DNA from: Polaromonas sp.
GTDB taxonomy: Bacteria; Pseudomonadota; Gammaproteobacteria; Burkholderiales; Burkholderiaceae_C
Direction: 5' to 3'
Length of the DNA stretch: 64,000 bases
NCBI GenBank assembly: GCA_046303055.1
Contig: JBKCGU010000042.1
Location: 21,304-85,303, forward strand
Under the pieces are notes generated by a model. It was given only the letters and a program-made list of their open reading frames with translations. It searched no databases and was not told the DNA's origin. The translations under genes were made by a program, and so were the position numbers. This document shows, piece after piece, positions 17,662 to 33,367 of the stretch (the first letter of the stretch is position 1; each line of letters starts with the position of its first letter).

Positions 17662-20600
17662 TTGCGTCTTAATTCCATCAAGCTTTCCGGTTTCAAGTCG
17701 TTTGCCGAGCCGACAAATTTTGTGCTGCCTGGGCAACTGGTGGGCGTGGTGGGGCCCAACGGTTGCGGCAAGTCCAACATCATGGATGCAGTGCGCTGGG
17801 TGCTGGGGGAAAGCAAGGCGTCCGAGCTGCGCGGCGAGTCGATGCAGGACGTTATTTTTAACGGCACCACCACCCGCAAGGCCGCCAGCCGCTCCAGCGT
17901 CGAGCTGGTGTTTGACAACGCCGACCACCGTGCAGGTGGCCAGTGGGGCCAGTTTGTCGAAATTGCTGTCAAGCGCGTTCTGACCCGCGACGGCACCTCC
18001 AGCTACTACATCAACAATCAGCCAGTGCGACGCCGCGATGTGCAGGATGTATTTTTGGGCACCGGGCTGGGGCCAAGGGCTTACGCCATCATCGGCCAAG
18101 GCACGATCAGCCGCATCATTGAGTCCAAGCCTGAAGAGCTGCGCTTGTTTCTCGAAGAAGCTGCTGGGGTGTCCAAATACAAGGAACGCCGCCGCGAGAC
18201 GGCCAATCGCCTGTCAGACACGCGTGAAAATCTGACGCGGGTTGAGGACATCTTGCGTGAACTGAATGCCAACCTGGAGCGGCTTGAAAAGCAGGCCGAG
18301 GTGGCCAAGCGTTACAACGCCTTGCAGGCTGATGGAACGCTCAAGCAGCAGCAACTGTGGTTTTTGAAGCGGCTTGATGCGCAGGCCGATCAGGCCAAAA
18401 TCAAGGAGGGCGCTGAAAAAGCTGTCAACGAACTTGAAAGTCGCCTTGCTGATTTGCGGCATATTGAAGCCGACCTGGAGACCATTCGTCAGGCGCATTA
18501 CGCAGCCGGTGACCACGTCAACCAGGCGCAGGGCAAGCTCTATGAGGCCAGCAGTGAGGTGGGCCGGCTTGAGGCAGAAATCCGCTTTGTGGTTGACGGC
18601 CGGGTGCGAGCGGAGCAGCGCCTGGCCCAGCTCAAAGAGCAAACCGACCAGTGGGCCACCCGCAAGGACGATGCGGCGGTTGAAGCTGAAAACCTGACCG
18701 CGCTGGCCATTGAGGGCGACGAAAAAGCCGAACTGCTGGCCGCACAAAGCGAAGAGCAGCAGGCCCAGCTGCCAGCGCTTGAAGAAGCCCTGCGCAGCGC
18801 ACAAGCCAAAGCCAATGAGCAACGCGCTGGCGTGGCTCAGGTGCAGCAGCACATTCAGGTGCTGGCCGCTGACCAGCGCAACATCAGCGAGCAGTCACGT
18901 GCGCTGAGCCTTCGGCTTGAAAAGCTGACCAGTGACCGCAATGCATTGAATGCGCCTGATGAAGCGCGTCTGGACAACTTAAGCAGCCAGTTTGAAGCCG
19001 CGCAAGTGTCACAACTTGAAGCCGCAGCCCGCCTGCATGAACTGACCAACAGCGTGCCTCAGCTTGACGAAGATCGCCGTGCCAAACAAGTGGCGGTCAA
19101 CACTGAGTCGGCCAAACGCGCTGATCTGTCGGCCAAGCTTGATGCCCTGAAGGCGCTGCAAGAAAGAGTTAAAACCGATGGCAAGCTCAAACCCTGGCTG
19201 GCCAAACACGGGCTGGACGGCTTGCAAGGCTTGTGGAGTCGTATCCACATTGAGCCAGGTTGGGAAAATGCACTGGAAGCCGCGCTGCGAGAGCGGCTGG
19301 GTGCCCTTGAGGTCAGCAGGCTCGACATGGTGCGCGGCTTTGCAGGCACGCCAGGTCAGGACGCGCCACCCGCCAAGCTGTCGTTTTATTCGGCCCCCGT
19401 TGGCGCTGCTCCTGCCAGATCGACCAACCTTAGCCTCAAGCCGTTGGCGGAATTGCTGCGCTTACATGATGGGGGCCAATCGGCGCTGCTGGGCGATTGG
19501 CTGCATGGCAGCTATACGGCGGCCAGCCTGGACGACGCACTGGCAGCGCGCGACAAGCTACAGGCCGGCGAAGCGATTTATATCAAGAGCGGTCACACGG
19601 TCACCCTGCACAGTGTCAGTTTTTACGCCCAGGACTCTGAGCAAGCCGGTCTGCTGGGCCGTGCGCAGGAGATTGAAAACCTTGATAAACAGCTCAAAGC
19701 ACAGGTTCTCATCAGCGACGAGGCACGCAGTGCCTCAATGCGCGCTGAGTCTGTGTACCAGGACGCCGCCCAGCGCTTGGCCACGGCCCGCCGTGAGGCC
19801 GCGGAAAGCCAAAGCCGCGCTCACGAGTTGCAGGTCGAACTGCTGCGCTTGAGCCAACTGGCTGAACAAACCCGTGCACGCAGCGAACAGATTCAGCTCG
19901 ACATGAGCGAGATTGAGGCCCAGCTGGGTGAGCTTGAAGAACGCAAGCTTGCCGCTGAAGGCCGCTTTGAAGAGCTCGACATGCAGCTGGCTGACAGCCA
20001 GGAGCGGCATGCGCAGTTGGATGACCGCGTGATTGAGGTCGAACGCAAACTCAATGAGTCACGCGAACAGCAGCGCGCGCTGGAGCGGCAAAGCCAGGAA
20101 GCGCAGTTTGCGCTGCGAGCCTTGGCGGCCCGGCGCGAAGAGCTGACACGGTCCATCCACATCGCGGCGCAGCAGGCCAACACCATCGCGCAGGAAATAG
20201 CGCGCGCGCAAGAAGAACTTTCGCGCCTGACAGACGCCGCTGCACAAGCCGGACTACAGGCCGCACTGAGCGTGAAACTTGAGCGCGAGGCCGACCTGGG
20301 TGCCAAGCGCAGCCAATACGACGACCTGACGAGCAAGCTGCGCGCCAGCGACGAGCGCCGCTTGGCACTGGAGCGCGATCTAGACCCGCTGCGCCAGCGC
20401 ATCACCGAGTTTCAATTGAAAGAGCAGGCCGCGCGGCTGGGCTTTGAGCAATACGAGCAGTTACTGAGCGACGCCCAGGCCGACCTGGCTGCACTGGCGT
20501 CGTCTATTGAACAGGGCGGTGTGCGTATCGCAGGCCTGCAGGGCGAGATTGACCGCATCAACCGCGAGATTGCATCGCTCGGCGCGGTCAACCTGGCTGC

Positions 20601-21195
20601 ACTGGACGAGTTGGCCACCGCCAGCGAACGCAAACAGTTTCTTGACGCGCAATCGGCGGACTTGAACGAGGCCATGACAACGCTCGAAGACGCGATCAGA
20701 AAAATTGATGCCGAAACCCGCGACTTGCTGGGCAGCACCTTTGACAAGGTCAATGAGCAGTTTGGGCGGATGTTCCCCGAGCTGTTTGGCGGCGGCAACG
20801 CACAGTTGAAAATGACAGGCGAAGAAATACTCGACTCCGGTGTGCAGGTGATTGCCCAGCCACCCGGCAAGAAAAACCAGAGCATTGCCCTGCTGTCCGG
20901 TGGCGAAAAAGCATTGACGGCGATCGCACTCGTTTTCGCCATTTTTCAGTTGAACCCGGCGCCGTTTTGCCTGCTGGACGAGGTCGATGCGCCGCTGGAC
21001 GACGCCAACACAGAGCGCTATGCCAAATTGGTCACATCAATGAGCAAGGAAACCCAGTTTCTCTTCATCAGTCACAACAAGATTGCCATGGAAATGGCAG
21101 AGCAATTGATTGGCGTGACCATGCAGGAGCAGGGTGTGTCGCGCATTGTGGCGGTCGATATGGAAGCCGCGCTTGGCTTTGCAGAAGCGGCATGA
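17662..21195 (+). CDS. smc: Chromosome segregation protein SMC
   Basis: GPNGCGKSN Walker A, long coiled coils with hinge, LSGGE signature, LLDEVDAPLD. Confidence 0.98.
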   Translation: MRLNSIKLSGFKSFAEPTNFVLPGQLVGVVGPNGCGKSNIMDAVRWVLGESKASELRGESMQDVIFNGTTTRKAASRSSVELVFDNADHRAGGQWGQFVEIAVKRVLTRDGTSSYYINNQPVRRRDVQDVFLGTGLGPRAYAIIGQGTISRIIESKPEELRLFLEEAAGVSKYKERRRETANRLSDTRENLTRVEDILRELNANLERLEKQAEVAKRYNALQADGTLKQQQLWFLKRLDAQADQAKIKEGAEKAVNELESRLADLRHIEADLETIRQAHYAAGDHVNQAQGKLYEASSEVGRLEAEIRFVVDGRVRAEQRLAQLKEQTDQWATRKDDAAVEAENLTALAIEGDEKAELLAAQSEEQQAQLPALEEALRSAQAKANEQRAGVAQVQQHIQVLAADQRNISEQSRALSLRLEKLTSDRNALNAPDEARLDNLSSQFEAAQVSQLEAAARLHELTNSVPQLDEDRRAKQVAVNTESAKRADLSAKLDALKALQERVKTDGKLKPWLAKHGLDGLQGLWSRIHIEPGWENALEAALRERLGALEVSRLDMVRGFAGTPGQDAPPAKLSFYSAPVGAAPARSTNLSLKPLAELLRLHDGGQSALLGDWLHGSYTAASLDDALAARDKLQAGEAIYIKSGHTVTLHSVSFYAQDSEQAGLLGRAQEIENLDKQLKAQVLISDEARSASMRAESVYQDAAQRLATARREAAESQSRAHELQVELLRLSQLAEQTRARSEQIQLDMSEIEAQLGELEERKLAAEGRFEELDMQLADSQERHAQLDDRVIEVERKLNESREQQRALERQSQEAQFALRALAARREELTRSIHIAAQQANTIAQEIARAQEELSRLTDAAAQAGLQAALSVKLEREADLGAKRSQYDDLTSKLRASDERRLALERDLDPLRQRITEFQLKEQAARLGFEQYEQLLSDAQADLAALASSIEQGGVRIAGLQGEIDRINREIASLGAVNLAALDELATASERKQFLDAQSADLNEAMTTLEDAIRKIDAETRDLLGSTFDKVNEQFGRMFPELFGGGNAQLKMTGEEILDSGVQVIAQPPGKKNQSIALLSGGEKALTAIALVFAIFQLNPAPFCLLDEVDAPLDDANTERYAKLVTSMSKETQFLFISHNKIAMEMAEQLIGVTMQEQGVSRIVAVDMEAALGFAEAA

Positions 21196-21208
21196 AAGCG
21201 ACAAGGCC

Positions 21209-24905
<3,697 letters not shown>

Positions 24906-24992
24906 ACCTAGAAAAAGCAGTTGGATGCGCCCGAGTGTTCATGCGGTCTGTGAGATGTTTACGAGCGGTCAACTGCTTTTTTTAGGTTTAAA

Positions 24993-25139
24993 TCAGTGGC
25001 GTGACAGCAGGGAACCGAAGCCTTGAATCTTGTCGTGAATGCCCACCGCACGCAGTGCATGCCAGTAAGTCGCGGTGTTGATGGCAATCACCGGTTTGCC
25101 TAAAAACAATGCAGCCGCCGCTGCAAAACCATCCGACTT
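24993..25139 (-). pseudogene. C-terminal remnant of Asp/Glu racemase-superfamily gene (arylmalonate decarboxylase/maleate isomerase-like)
   Basis: Manual translation AAAAALFLGKPVIAINTATYWHALRAVGIHDKIQGFGSLLSRH*; no start codon, in-frame stop just upstream. Confidence 0.75.
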
Positions 25140-25152
25140 TTATCGCCTTATA

Positions 25153-27780
25153 TCAGGCGTTCAGGGCTTCCAGCAGCTCGGTCTCAATCGCAATCTGGGC
25201 CTTGTTTTGCTGAAGTTCCGGACCGTCGATCAAAAATGTGTCTTCGACCCGCTCACCCAGCGTGGTCACCTTGGCCAATTGCAGGTTGATGTTGTGCTTG
25301 GCCAGCACCCGCGCAATCAGGTACAGCAGACCCACGCGGTCGCTGGCCGACACACTGAGCAGCCAGCGTTGGGCCTTTTCGTCAGGCTTGAGGTCGACCC
25401 ACGGCGCGACAGGAAAGCTCTTGACGCGGCGTGAAACTCGCCTGGTGCCGAAGGCGGCAGGAGATGGCAGCGGACCACGCTCTTCAATGGTGCGGTTCAG
25501 CTCGGCTTCGACCATGGCGGCCAGCTCACGAAAGTGGTCAGCTGCGTCTGACGGGTCGGCAAGCTCATGACTGCTGACCTGAAACGTGTCCAGCGCGTAG
25601 CCGTTTTTGGCAGTGTGAACACGCGCATCAAGAATACTGAAGCCGGCCTGGTCAAAGTAGCCACAAATGCGCGCAAACAAATCCGGCACATCGGGGGTGT
25701 AAACCAGCACCTGCATGCCTTCTCCCGCAGACGACCGGCGGGCGCGCACAATCGCCTTGGCCTTGCCCACGTGGCGCGACAACTGCCGCGCATGCCAGGC
25801 AATGTCGCTGGCGTCATGGCGCATGAAGTAGCTCACGTCCAGGGTGTCCCACAGCGCTTTGTGGCCTTCAAAAGGCTCGGCGTGCAGTGCCAGCGTGGTC
25901 AGTGCCTCGCGCTTGCGGGCTTCAATTTCTGCATCGGCATCCGGTGCGCGGCCGCCAAGAACGCGCAAGGTATAGCGGTACAGATCTTCCAGCAGCTTGC
26001 CTTTCCAGGCATTCCACACCTTGGGGCTGGTGCCTCGTATGTCGGCCACCGTCAGCAGGTACAGCGCCGTCAGGTAGCGCTCGTTACCCACTCGACGGGC
26101 AAAGGCCGTGATGACTTCCGGGTCGCTCAAATCTTCTTTTTGCGCGATGCGGCTCATGCACAAGTGCTCGCGTACCAAAAACTCGGCCAGCTGGGCGTCC
26201 TCGGTATCGACACCGTGCTGCCTGCAAAACACGCGCACGTCTTTGCAGCCCAGCTCCGAATGGTCGCCGCCGCGGCCCTTGGCAATGTCGTGAAACAGGG
26301 CGGCGATGTACAGCACCCAGGGCTTGTCCCAGCCTGCCGCCAGCTGGGAGCACATCGGGTATTCGTGCGAATGCTCGGCCATGAAAAAGCGCCGCACATT
26401 ACGAAGCACCATCAGAATGTGCTGGTCTACGGTGTAGACATGAAACAGGTCATGCTGCATCTGCCCGACGATTTTGCGGAACACCCAGAGATAGCGACCC
26501 AGCACCGATGTCTGGTTCATCAGCCGCAGCGCATGGGTGATGCCCTCGGGCTGCTGCAAGATGTTCAGGAACGTCTGGCGATTGACGGGGTCGCTGCGGA
26601 AATGTGCCGTCATGACACTGCGTGCGTTGTACAGCGCACGCAGCGTCCGGGCAGACAAGCCTTTGATGCCGACGGTGGATTCATAGAGTAAAAATGTCTC
26701 CAAAATCGCATGCGGCTGGTTCACATACAGGTCGTCGCTGGCCACCTCCAGCATGCCGGCTTTGTCTAAAAAACGCGCGTTGATGGTGCGCAGCGTATGC
26801 TTGGCAGGGTTCAGGCGCTCCTCAATGTTGAGCAGCAGAATCTTGTTCAGTTGCGCCACCGCTTTGGCTGCCCAGTAGTAGCGCCGCATCAGGGCCTCGC
26901 TGTCGCGGCGCAGCAGTCTGCCGTTGGCGTCGAGTTTGCTGGCGTAGTTAAACGATTCCGCCACCACGGTTTGCAGGTCAAACACCAGACGATCTTCCCG
27001 CCGGCCCGCCAGCAGATGAAGGCGCGCGCGAATCAGGCACAACAAGGCTTCATTGGCCTTGAGCTGCTTGACTTCAAACGGAGTTACCAGGCCATTTTTG
27101 GCCAGCTCGTCCCAGGTTCGGCCCAGGCCCGCGACATGCGCCACCCACAAAATAATTTGCAAATCCCGCAAGCCGCCCGGCGACTCCTTGCAATTGGGCT
27201 CCAGAGAGTACGGGGTGTTCTCAAATTTATTGTGGCGCTGGCGCAGCTCCAGCGTTTTGGCCACAAAAAAGGCTTTTGGGTCCAGCCCAGCAGTCAGTTG
27301 CGTTTTGAGCCTCTCGACGTTTGTTTGGTGGCCGGTGATCCTGCGCGCTTCCACAAGAGACGTTTGTACTGTCACGTCTTTGGCGGCCTCGCTAACGCAT
27401 TCAGCCACGGTGCGCACGCTGGAGCCAATTTCAAGTCCTGTGTCCCAGCAGTTGCTGATGAATTGCTCGATTTTTGCCTTCAGGGCCGGGTTGTCATCAA
27501 CCGCGCTGTCGTCTGCCAGCAGCAGCAGCACATCGACATCAGAAAAAGGGAAAAGCTCGCCCCGGCCATAGCCACCGGTTGCCACCAGGCTTGCGTCTGG
27601 CGGCATATCGGCCAGCAGCCACAGGGTTTGCAGGGTTTGGTCGGTGTGTTTGGCCAGTTTTTGGAGCCGGGCATGAATGCCGCGGGTCGACGCCCCGCTG
27701 GCACCCAAAGATTCAAACAGTGCGGCTTTGCCTGCACGGTACTGCTCACGCGCCACAGCGAGTTGGGCAAGCTGCGACAT
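25153..27780 (-). CDS. glnD: [Protein-PII] uridylyltransferase/uridylyl-removing enzyme
   Basis: [26 protein letters not shown] domain (HVYTVDQH...FHDIAKG), two ACT domains; follows map. Confidence 0.97.
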   Translation of the reverse strand: MSQLAQLAVAREQYRAGKAALFESLGASGASTRGIHARLQKLAKHTDQTLQTLWLLADMPPDASLVATGGYGRGELFPFSDVDVLLLLADDSAVDDNPALKAKIEQFISNCWDTGLEIGSSVRTVAECVSEAAKDVTVQTSLVEARRITGHQTNVERLKTQLTAGLDPKAFFVAKTLELRQRHNKFENTPYSLEPNCKESPGGLRDLQIILWVAHVAGLGRTWDELAKNGLVTPFEVKQLKANEALLCLIRARLHLLAGRREDRLVFDLQTVVAESFNYASKLDANGRLLRRDSEALMRRYYWAAKAVAQLNKILLLNIEERLNPAKHTLRTINARFLDKAGMLEVASDDLYVNQPHAILETFLLYESTVGIKGLSARTLRALYNARSVMTAHFRSDPVNRQTFLNILQQPEGITHALRLMNQTSVLGRYLWVFRKIVGQMQHDLFHVYTVDQHILMVLRNVRRFFMAEHSHEYPMCSQLAAGWDKPWVLYIAALFHDIAKGRGGDHSELGCKDVRVFCRQHGVDTEDAQLAEFLVREHLCMSRIAQKEDLSDPEVITAFARRVGNERYLTALYLLTVADIRGTSPKVWNAWKGKLLEDLYRYTLRVLGGRAPDADAEIEARKREALTTLALHAEPFEGHKALWDTLDVSYFMRHDASDIAWHARQLSRHVGKAKAIVRARRSSAGEGMQVLVYTPDVPDLFARICGYFDQAGFSILDARVHTAKNGYALDTFQVSSHELADPSDAADHFRELAAMVEAELNRTIEERGPLPSPAAFGTRRVSRRVKSFPVAPWVDLKPDEKAQRWLLSVSASDRVGLLYLIARVLAKHNINLQLAKVTTLGERVEDTFLIDGPELQQNKAQIAIETELLEALNA

Positions 27781-27793
27781 CTCATGCCTTGGC

Positions 27794-28630
27794 TCAGGCA
27801 AGCACAGCTTCTTGCGTGCGGGATGGCGCGACAAAAGCAGGCAGCGCTGGGTAGCCTGCTGACAGCGTCAGCACCTCATAACCTGTCTCGGTGACCAGAA
27901 CCGTGTGCTCCCACTGCGCCGACAGCGAATGGTCACGGGTGACAATCGACCAGCCGTCTTTTTCCGGGCCGTCCTTGATATCGCGCTTGCCGGCGTTGAT
28001 CATCGGCTCAATCGTGAAAATCATGCCGGGCTTGAGCTCCTCCAGCGTGTCTGGCTTGCCGTAGTGCAGCACCTGGGGGTCTTCATGAAACTTCCGGCCA
28101 ATACCGTGGCCGCAAAACTCGCGCACGATGGAGAAGCCCTGTCGTTCGGCAAACTGCTGGATAGCAAAGCCAATGTCACCGAGCCGGATGCCGGGTTTGA
28201 CGCGCATGATGCCTTGCCACATGGCCTCGTAAGTGATGGTGCACAGGCGCTTGGCGGCAATCGAGCAATCGCCTACCAAAAACATGCGGCTGGTGTCGCC
28301 ATGCCAGCCGTCTTTGATCACTGTCACATCCACATTCACAATATCGCCTTTTTTGAGCGGCTTGTCATTGGGTATGCCGTGGCAAACCTGGTGGTTGACG
28401 GACGTGCAAAGTGACTTGGGGTAGGCCGCATAGCCCTGCGGCTGGTAGCCCAGCGTGGCCGGTATGGTGTGTTGCACCTGCGTCATGTAGTCGTGCGCCA
28501 GGCGGTCAATTTCATTGGTGGTCAGGCCGGGCTTGATGAAGGGCGTCAAGTAGTCGAGCACTTCAGAAGCCAGTTTGCCAGCCACCCGCATGCCTTCAAT
28601 GCCCGCTGCGTCTTTGTAGGTAATGGTCAT
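27794..28630 (-). CDS. map: Methionine aminopeptidase type I
   Basis: [45 protein letters not shown]. Confidence 0.98.
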   Translation of the reverse strand: MTITYKDAAGIEGMRVAGKLASEVLDYLTPFIKPGLTTNEIDRLAHDYMTQVQHTIPATLGYQPQGYAAYPKSLCTSVNHQVCHGIPNDKPLKKGDIVNVDVTVIKDGWHGDTSRMFLVGDCSIAAKRLCTITYEAMWQGIMRVKPGIRLGDIGFAIQQFAERQGFSIVREFCGHGIGRKFHEDPQVLHYGKPDTLEELKPGMIFTIEPMINAGKRDIKDGPEKDGWSIVTRDHSLSAQWEHTVLVTETGYEVLTLSAGYPALPAFVAPSRTQEAVLA

Positions 28631-28725
28631 GGTGGGATTATCCCACCGTCAAAGCCGCCCTGTACGGCATGGGTGCAAGGTTAAAATCAAGCTCTGCCCG
28701 CCAACAATCACCAGGCCACCACACC

Positions 28726-31700
28726 TTGACACTGCACTTGACTACTTTTGAGGGCGACAGCTCTACAAACGCTCCGATTTCCGCTCTCAGCGACTTTCGC
28801 GCCCTTCAGCTTTTACCCCAGCTGCAGGCTATTGATCACAAGATCGTGGGCATCAATGCCCGTTTTGTTCACTGGGTCGCCACCGAACAGCCCCCCAGTC
28901 CAGAAGAAAAAAGTCGCTTGGCTGCCTTGCTCAGCTATGGCGAGCCGTGCAAGGCGTTGGACGGTAAAAAGCTGGATGAGGCCGTGTTCATCGTCTCCCC
29001 CCGTTTGGGCACCGTGTCGCCCTGGGCCTCCAAAGCGACCGACATTGCACGCAACTGCGGTTTGGCGGTCAAACGTATTGAACGCATCACCGAATACCGC
29101 GTCGTGTTGAAGTCCGGCCTTTTTGGCAAAGCCGCCTTGACGAGCGAACAGCACCAGCAAGTGGCCGCGTTGCTGCACGACCGTATGACGGAGAGCGTGA
29201 TGACTGACCGCGCCCAGGCGGCGGCGCTGTTCACTGAGTTACAAGCCGCGCCTATGGCCAGCATCGACGTGCTGACCGGCGGTAAATCAGCACTAGAGAG
29301 GGCCAATACCGAGTTTGGCCTGGCGTTGGCGGTAGATGAAATTGATTACCTGGTCCATGCCTTCATCCAGCTCAAGCGCAACCCGACCGATGTTGAACTG
29401 ATGATGTTTGCCCAGGCCAATAGCGAACATTGCCGCCACAAAATTTTCAACGCCGACTTTACGATTGACGGTGTCGCGCAAGGCATCAGCCTGTTTGGCA
29501 TGATTCGCAACACCGAAAAGCGGCACCCGCAACACACGGTCGTGGCTTACTCGGACAACGCCTCCATCATGGAAGGCTCAAGAAGGCAGATTTTTACCGC
29601 AAAATCGCCAGTTTCAGGTGCCAAATCGGCCTCTAGCCCAAGCAATACCTGGGCGAGTAGCTCCCAAATCTATAGCGCGGCAAATGACGTGTTGACCCAC
29701 GTCCTGATGAAGGTCGAAACCCACAACCACCCGACAGCCATCTCGCCTTTCCCCGGTGCGTCCACTGGCGCAGGCGGCGAGATACGCGACGAAGGCGCCA
29801 CCGGCCGCGGCTCCAAACCCAAGGCGGGTTTGACCGGATTTACCGTCTCAAAGTTGTTTGGCAGCGACTACGGCAAGCCCGACCATATCGCCAGCCCGCT
29901 GCAAATCATGACCCAAGGCCCGCTCGGCGGGGCGGCTTTCAACAACGAATTTGGCCGCCCCAACCTGAACGGCTACTTTCGCGAATACGAACAAACTGCC
30001 CAAGGTCAGCGCTGGGGCTACCACAAGCCGATCATGATTGCGGGCGGTGTCGGCACGATTGACGCCGGCTTGACGAAGAAAATCCTGTTTCCGGCAGGTA
30101 CCTTGCTGATTCAGCTCGGCGGGCCGGGCATGCGGATTGGCATGGGCGGCAGCGCGGCCAGCTCGATGGCCACCGGAACCAATGCCGCGCAACTCGACTT
30201 TGACTCGGTGCAGCGCGGCAACCCCGAGATCGAGCGGCGTGCACAAGAGGTGATCAACCAGTGTGCACAGCAGGGTGCGGCCAACCCAATTCTGGCGATT
30301 CACGACGTCGGCGCGGGCGGCTTGTCCAACGCCTTTCCTGAATTGACGAACGATGCCGGGCGGGGCGCAAGGTTTGATTTGCGTGCCGTGCCGCTGGAAG
30401 AAAGCGGGCTGTCACCCAAAGAAATCTGGTCTAACGAAAGCCAGGAGCGCTATGTGATGGCGATTGCGCCTGAGTCCTTGCCGCAGTTCAAAGCATTTTG
30501 TGAGCGTGAGCGTTGCCCGTTTGCAGTGATTGGCGTGGCGACTGAGGAACGAAACCTGGTAGTCACCGACGGACAAGAATCTTCTCTTGACCAGCCGGGG
30601 CCGCGGAACCGGCTTAGCCGGGCCGCAGGCGCAGCGGCCCCCCCGGGGGGCAGCGAACCACACGAAGTGACAAGCGTGGGGGTACCAGTCAATATGCCAA
30701 TGGACGTACTGCTCGGCAAGCCGCCCAAAATGCACCGCGACGTCCGAACCGTCAAGCACAGCCTCAAACCCATCGACCTGGCCGGCATCGACCTGCAAAA
30801 AAGCGCGATCAACGTGCTCAGCCACCCCACAGTCGCGTCCAAACGCTTTTTAATCACCATCGGCGACCGCACGGTGGGTGGCCTCACGCACCGCGACCAG
30901 ATGGTGGGCCCGTGGCAAGTGCCGGTGGCCGACTGCGCCGTGACGCTGGCCGACTACCAGGGCTTTGCAGGCGAGGCCATGGCCATGGGCGAGCGCACGC
31001 CGCTGGCAGTCGTCAACGCTGCTGCGTCAGGCCGCATGGCTGTGGCCGAAGCCATCACCAACCTGCTGGCCGCGCCTATAGAGCTGCCACGCGTCAAGCT
31101 GTCGGCCAACTGGATGGCCGCTTGCGGCGAGCCTGGTCAGGACGCGGCGCTGTTTGAAACCGTCAAAGCCGTGGGTATGGAGCTGTGCCCCGCACTCGGC
31201 GTGTCAATTCCGGTCGGCAAGGATTCGCTGTCGATGCGCACCACCTGGAGGGATGGCACTGACAGCAAAAAAGTCACATCGCCCGTGTCATTGATCGTCA
31301 GCGCTTTCGCATCCCTGGCCGACGTACGCGGCACACTGACCCCGCAGCTGAACCGGGACGAGGCTGACACGACCCTGATTCTGATCGACCTGGGCAAAGG
31401 CCAGCACCGCATGGGCGGCAGTATTTTGGCGCAAACCCTCAACTGTGAAGACGGCCATGTGCCCGACCTCGACAACGCAAAAGACCTGATCAATCTCGTC
31501 AATGCCATCAACGCGCTGCGGGCCAAAAACCAGATCATGGCCTACCACGACCGTAGCGACGGCGGCCTGTTTGCCTGCATCTGTGAGATGGCCTTTGCTG
31601 GCAACGTTGGCGTGGCGTTGAACATCGACATGCTGCTGGTAGAAGGCGACGGCATCACCGACAGCCGCATGGAAGTGGGCGACAGCAAAAACTGGGCAAG

Positions 31701-32889
31701 TCAGGTCAGTGTGCGGCGCGACGAGCTGACGCTCAAGGCACTGTTCAACGAAGAGCTGGGCGCGGTGATCCAGGTCAACACGGCTGTCCGCAACGAGGTC
31801 ATGCAAACCTTGCGCGAGCACGGCTTGAGTAAATTCAGCCACTTCATCGGCAAAACCCGGCCCGAACACTCGCAGCTCACTGTCGGCAAAGGCGAAGTCC
31901 AAGTCTGGCGCGACACCAAAGCGGTCTTCAAAGCCAAACTGCAAGACCTGCATCAGGTGTGGGACGCTGTGAGCTGGCGCATTTGCCAGCAGCGCGACAA
32001 CCCGGCAGGTGCAGACGCAGAACACGCGGCAGTCGGTGACGTGGCCAACCCCGGCTTGCACGTCAAGTTGACATTTGATGCAGGCCAGTTAGCAGCCCCC
32101 GCACTGCTGCTGTCCAGGCCCAAAGTCGCGATCCTGCGCGAGCAAGGCGTCAACTCCCATATCGAGATGGCCTACGCCTTTACCCAGGCAGGGTTTGAGG
32201 CCTACGACGTTCACATGACCGACCTGCAAACGGGTCGGGCCCAACTGGCCGACTTCAAAGGCGTGGTCGCTTGTGGCGGATTCAGCTATGGCGACACGCT
32301 GGGCGCAGGCATCGGCTGGGCCCGGTCTATCACCTTCAACCCGGCCTTGGCCGATCAGTTCAAGGCGTTTTTTGCTGAAACAGATACTTTCGGCCTGGGC
32401 GTTTGTAACGGCAGCCAAATGTTTGCCGAACTGGCCAACATCATCCCCGGCGCGCAGGCATGGCCCCGATTCACCACCAACCGCAGCGAGCGCTTTGAAG
32501 CCCGCCTGAGCCAGGTTGAAGTGCTGGACTCGCCCAGCCTGTTCTTCAAAGGCATGGCCGGCAGTCGCTTGCCCATCGCCGTAGCCCACGGTGAAGGCTT
32601 CGCCAACTTTGACCCCGCACTCGGTGGGCGCGGCAACGCATCTCAGGCCATAAGCGCCATGCGCTTTACCGATGCAACTGGAACGGCAACCGAGAGTTAC
32701 CCAGCCAACCCCAACGGCAGCCCAGGCGGCTTGACAGCAGTCACCACGGCAGACGGCCGCTTCACAGCCATGATGCCGCACCCGGAGCGCGTGTTTCGCA
32801 ACATCCAGATGAGCTGGACACCGCTGGATGCAGCAGCCCACAGCCCGTGGATGCAGTTGTGGCACAACGCGCGGCGTTGGGTGGGGTAG
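28726..32889 (+). CDS. purL: Phosphoribosylformylglycinamidine synthase (large type), with two repeat-derived segments
   Basis: [56 protein letters not shown]; TTG start at 28726 preferred. Confidence 0.97.
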   Translation: MTLHLTTFEGDSSTNAPISALSDFRALQLLPQLQAIDHKIVGINARFVHWVATEQPPSPEEKSRLAALLSYGEPCKALDGKKLDEAVFIVSPRLGTVSPWASKATDIARNCGLAVKRIERITEYRVVLKSGLFGKAALTSEQHQQVAALLHDRMTESVMTDRAQAAALFTELQAAPMASIDVLTGGKSALERANTEFGLALAVDEIDYLVHAFIQLKRNPTDVELMMFAQANSEHCRHKIFNADFTIDGVAQGISLFGMIRNTEKRHPQHTVVAYSDNASIMEGSRRQIFTAKSPVSGAKSASSPSNTWASSSQIYSAANDVLTHVLMKVETHNHPTAISPFPGASTGAGGEIRDEGATGRGSKPKAGLTGFTVSKLFGSDYGKPDHIASPLQIMTQGPLGGAAFNNEFGRPNLNGYFREYEQTAQGQRWGYHKPIMIAGGVGTIDAGLTKKILFPAGTLLIQLGGPGMRIGMGGSAASSMATGTNAAQLDFDSVQRGNPEIERRAQEVINQCAQQGAANPILAIHDVGAGGLSNAFPELTNDAGRGARFDLRAVPLEESGLSPKEIWSNESQERYVMAIAPESLPQFKAFCERERCPFAVIGVATEERNLVVTDGQESSLDQPGPRNRLSRAAGAAAPPGGSEPHEVTSVGVPVNMPMDVLLGKPPKMHRDVRTVKHSLKPIDLAGIDLQKSAINVLSHPTVASKRFLITIGDRTVGGLTHRDQMVGPWQVPVADCAVTLADYQGFAGEAMAMGERTPLAVVNAAASGRMAVAEAITNLLAAPIELPRVKLSANWMAACGEPGQDAALFETVKAVGMELCPALGVSIPVGKDSLSMRTTWRDGTDSKKVTSPVSLIVSAFASLADVRGTLTPQLNRDEADTTLILIDLGKGQHRMGGSILAQTLNCEDGHVPDLDNAKDLINLVNAINALRAKNQIMAYHDRSDGGLFACICEMAFAGNVGVALNIDMLLVEGDGITDSRMEVGDSKNWASQVSVRRDELTLKALFNEELGAVIQVNTAVRNEVMQTLREHGLSKFSHFIGKTRPEHSQLTVGKGEVQVWRDTKAVFKAKLQDLHQVWDAVSWRICQQRDNPAGADAEHAAVGDVANPGLHVKLTFDAGQLAAPALLLSRPKVAILREQGVNSHIEMAYAFTQAGFEAYDVHMTDLQTGRAQLADFKGVVACGGFSYGDTLGAGIGWARSITFNPALADQFKAFFAETDTFGLGVCNGSQMFAELANIIPGAQAWPRFTTNRSERFEARLSQVEVLDSPSLFFKGMAGSRLPIAVAHGEGFANFDPALGGRGNASQAISAMRFTDATGTATESYPANPNGSPGGLTAVTTADGRFTAMMPHPERVFRNIQMSWTPLDAAAHSPWMQLWHNARRWVG
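29623..29676 (+). repeat. 54-bp element (family A), in-frame in purL
   Basis: aaatcggcctctagcccaagcaatacctgggcgagtagctcccaaatctatagc = [18 protein letters not shown]. Confidence 0.85.
30598..30683 (-). repeat. ~86-bp GC-rich palindromic element (family B), in-frame in purL
   Basis: Reverse complement is 68/86 identical, ungapped (hand count), to the copy at 51479-51564. Confidence 0.85.
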
Positions 32890-33257
32890 GGTGTGGCGCG
32901 GGTCAAAACCAGCCACCGTTTTCATCCGTTTTCCGTTATCTCAACCAGGCGTCAGTGGGTGACTGGCGATCTTTGCTGATGCCGATACGCTGGTCAATGT
33001 TGACGTGGTGCGTTGACCAGCCCCGCCCTGAAGCGGCAAGGCCAATTTGTGATTTTGAAGCAAACGGTCACGACGTCGGCCAGAAAACTGCGCACCTACT
33101 CGACCAGGGAGACCGTCAACATGTTGGCGAGCATGGGGCGGCGCGCAACCATGGCGTTAAAGCAGCGCCAGGGCGTGGCGTTTTGGTATGCAGAGCGCCG
33201 GACTGACCCACGCCATGACCTGTGAAGCCCTTGTCAATTGCTATTGCTATTGCGATT

Positions 33258-33311
33258 GCTATTACTTCAGGAGCTTATAGCCCAAGCGTTCATTGGCTTG
33301 CAGGCTGATTT
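33258..33311 (-). repeat. 54-bp element (family A), intergenic
   Basis: Reverse complement aaatcagcctgcaagccaatgaacgcttgggctataagctcctgaagtaatagc. Confidence 0.85.
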
Positions 33312-33367
33312 GACGAATGAGAAATACAAAAAACCGAGTTTTGTAGCGTAATAACCGTCAAACCTTT

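Noticed and set aside
32398-32421. Inactive PurL glutaminase (GVCNGSQM instead of GVCNGCQM)
   Set aside because: The nucleophile is the first Cys (GVC), which is intact. Only the second Cys is changed.
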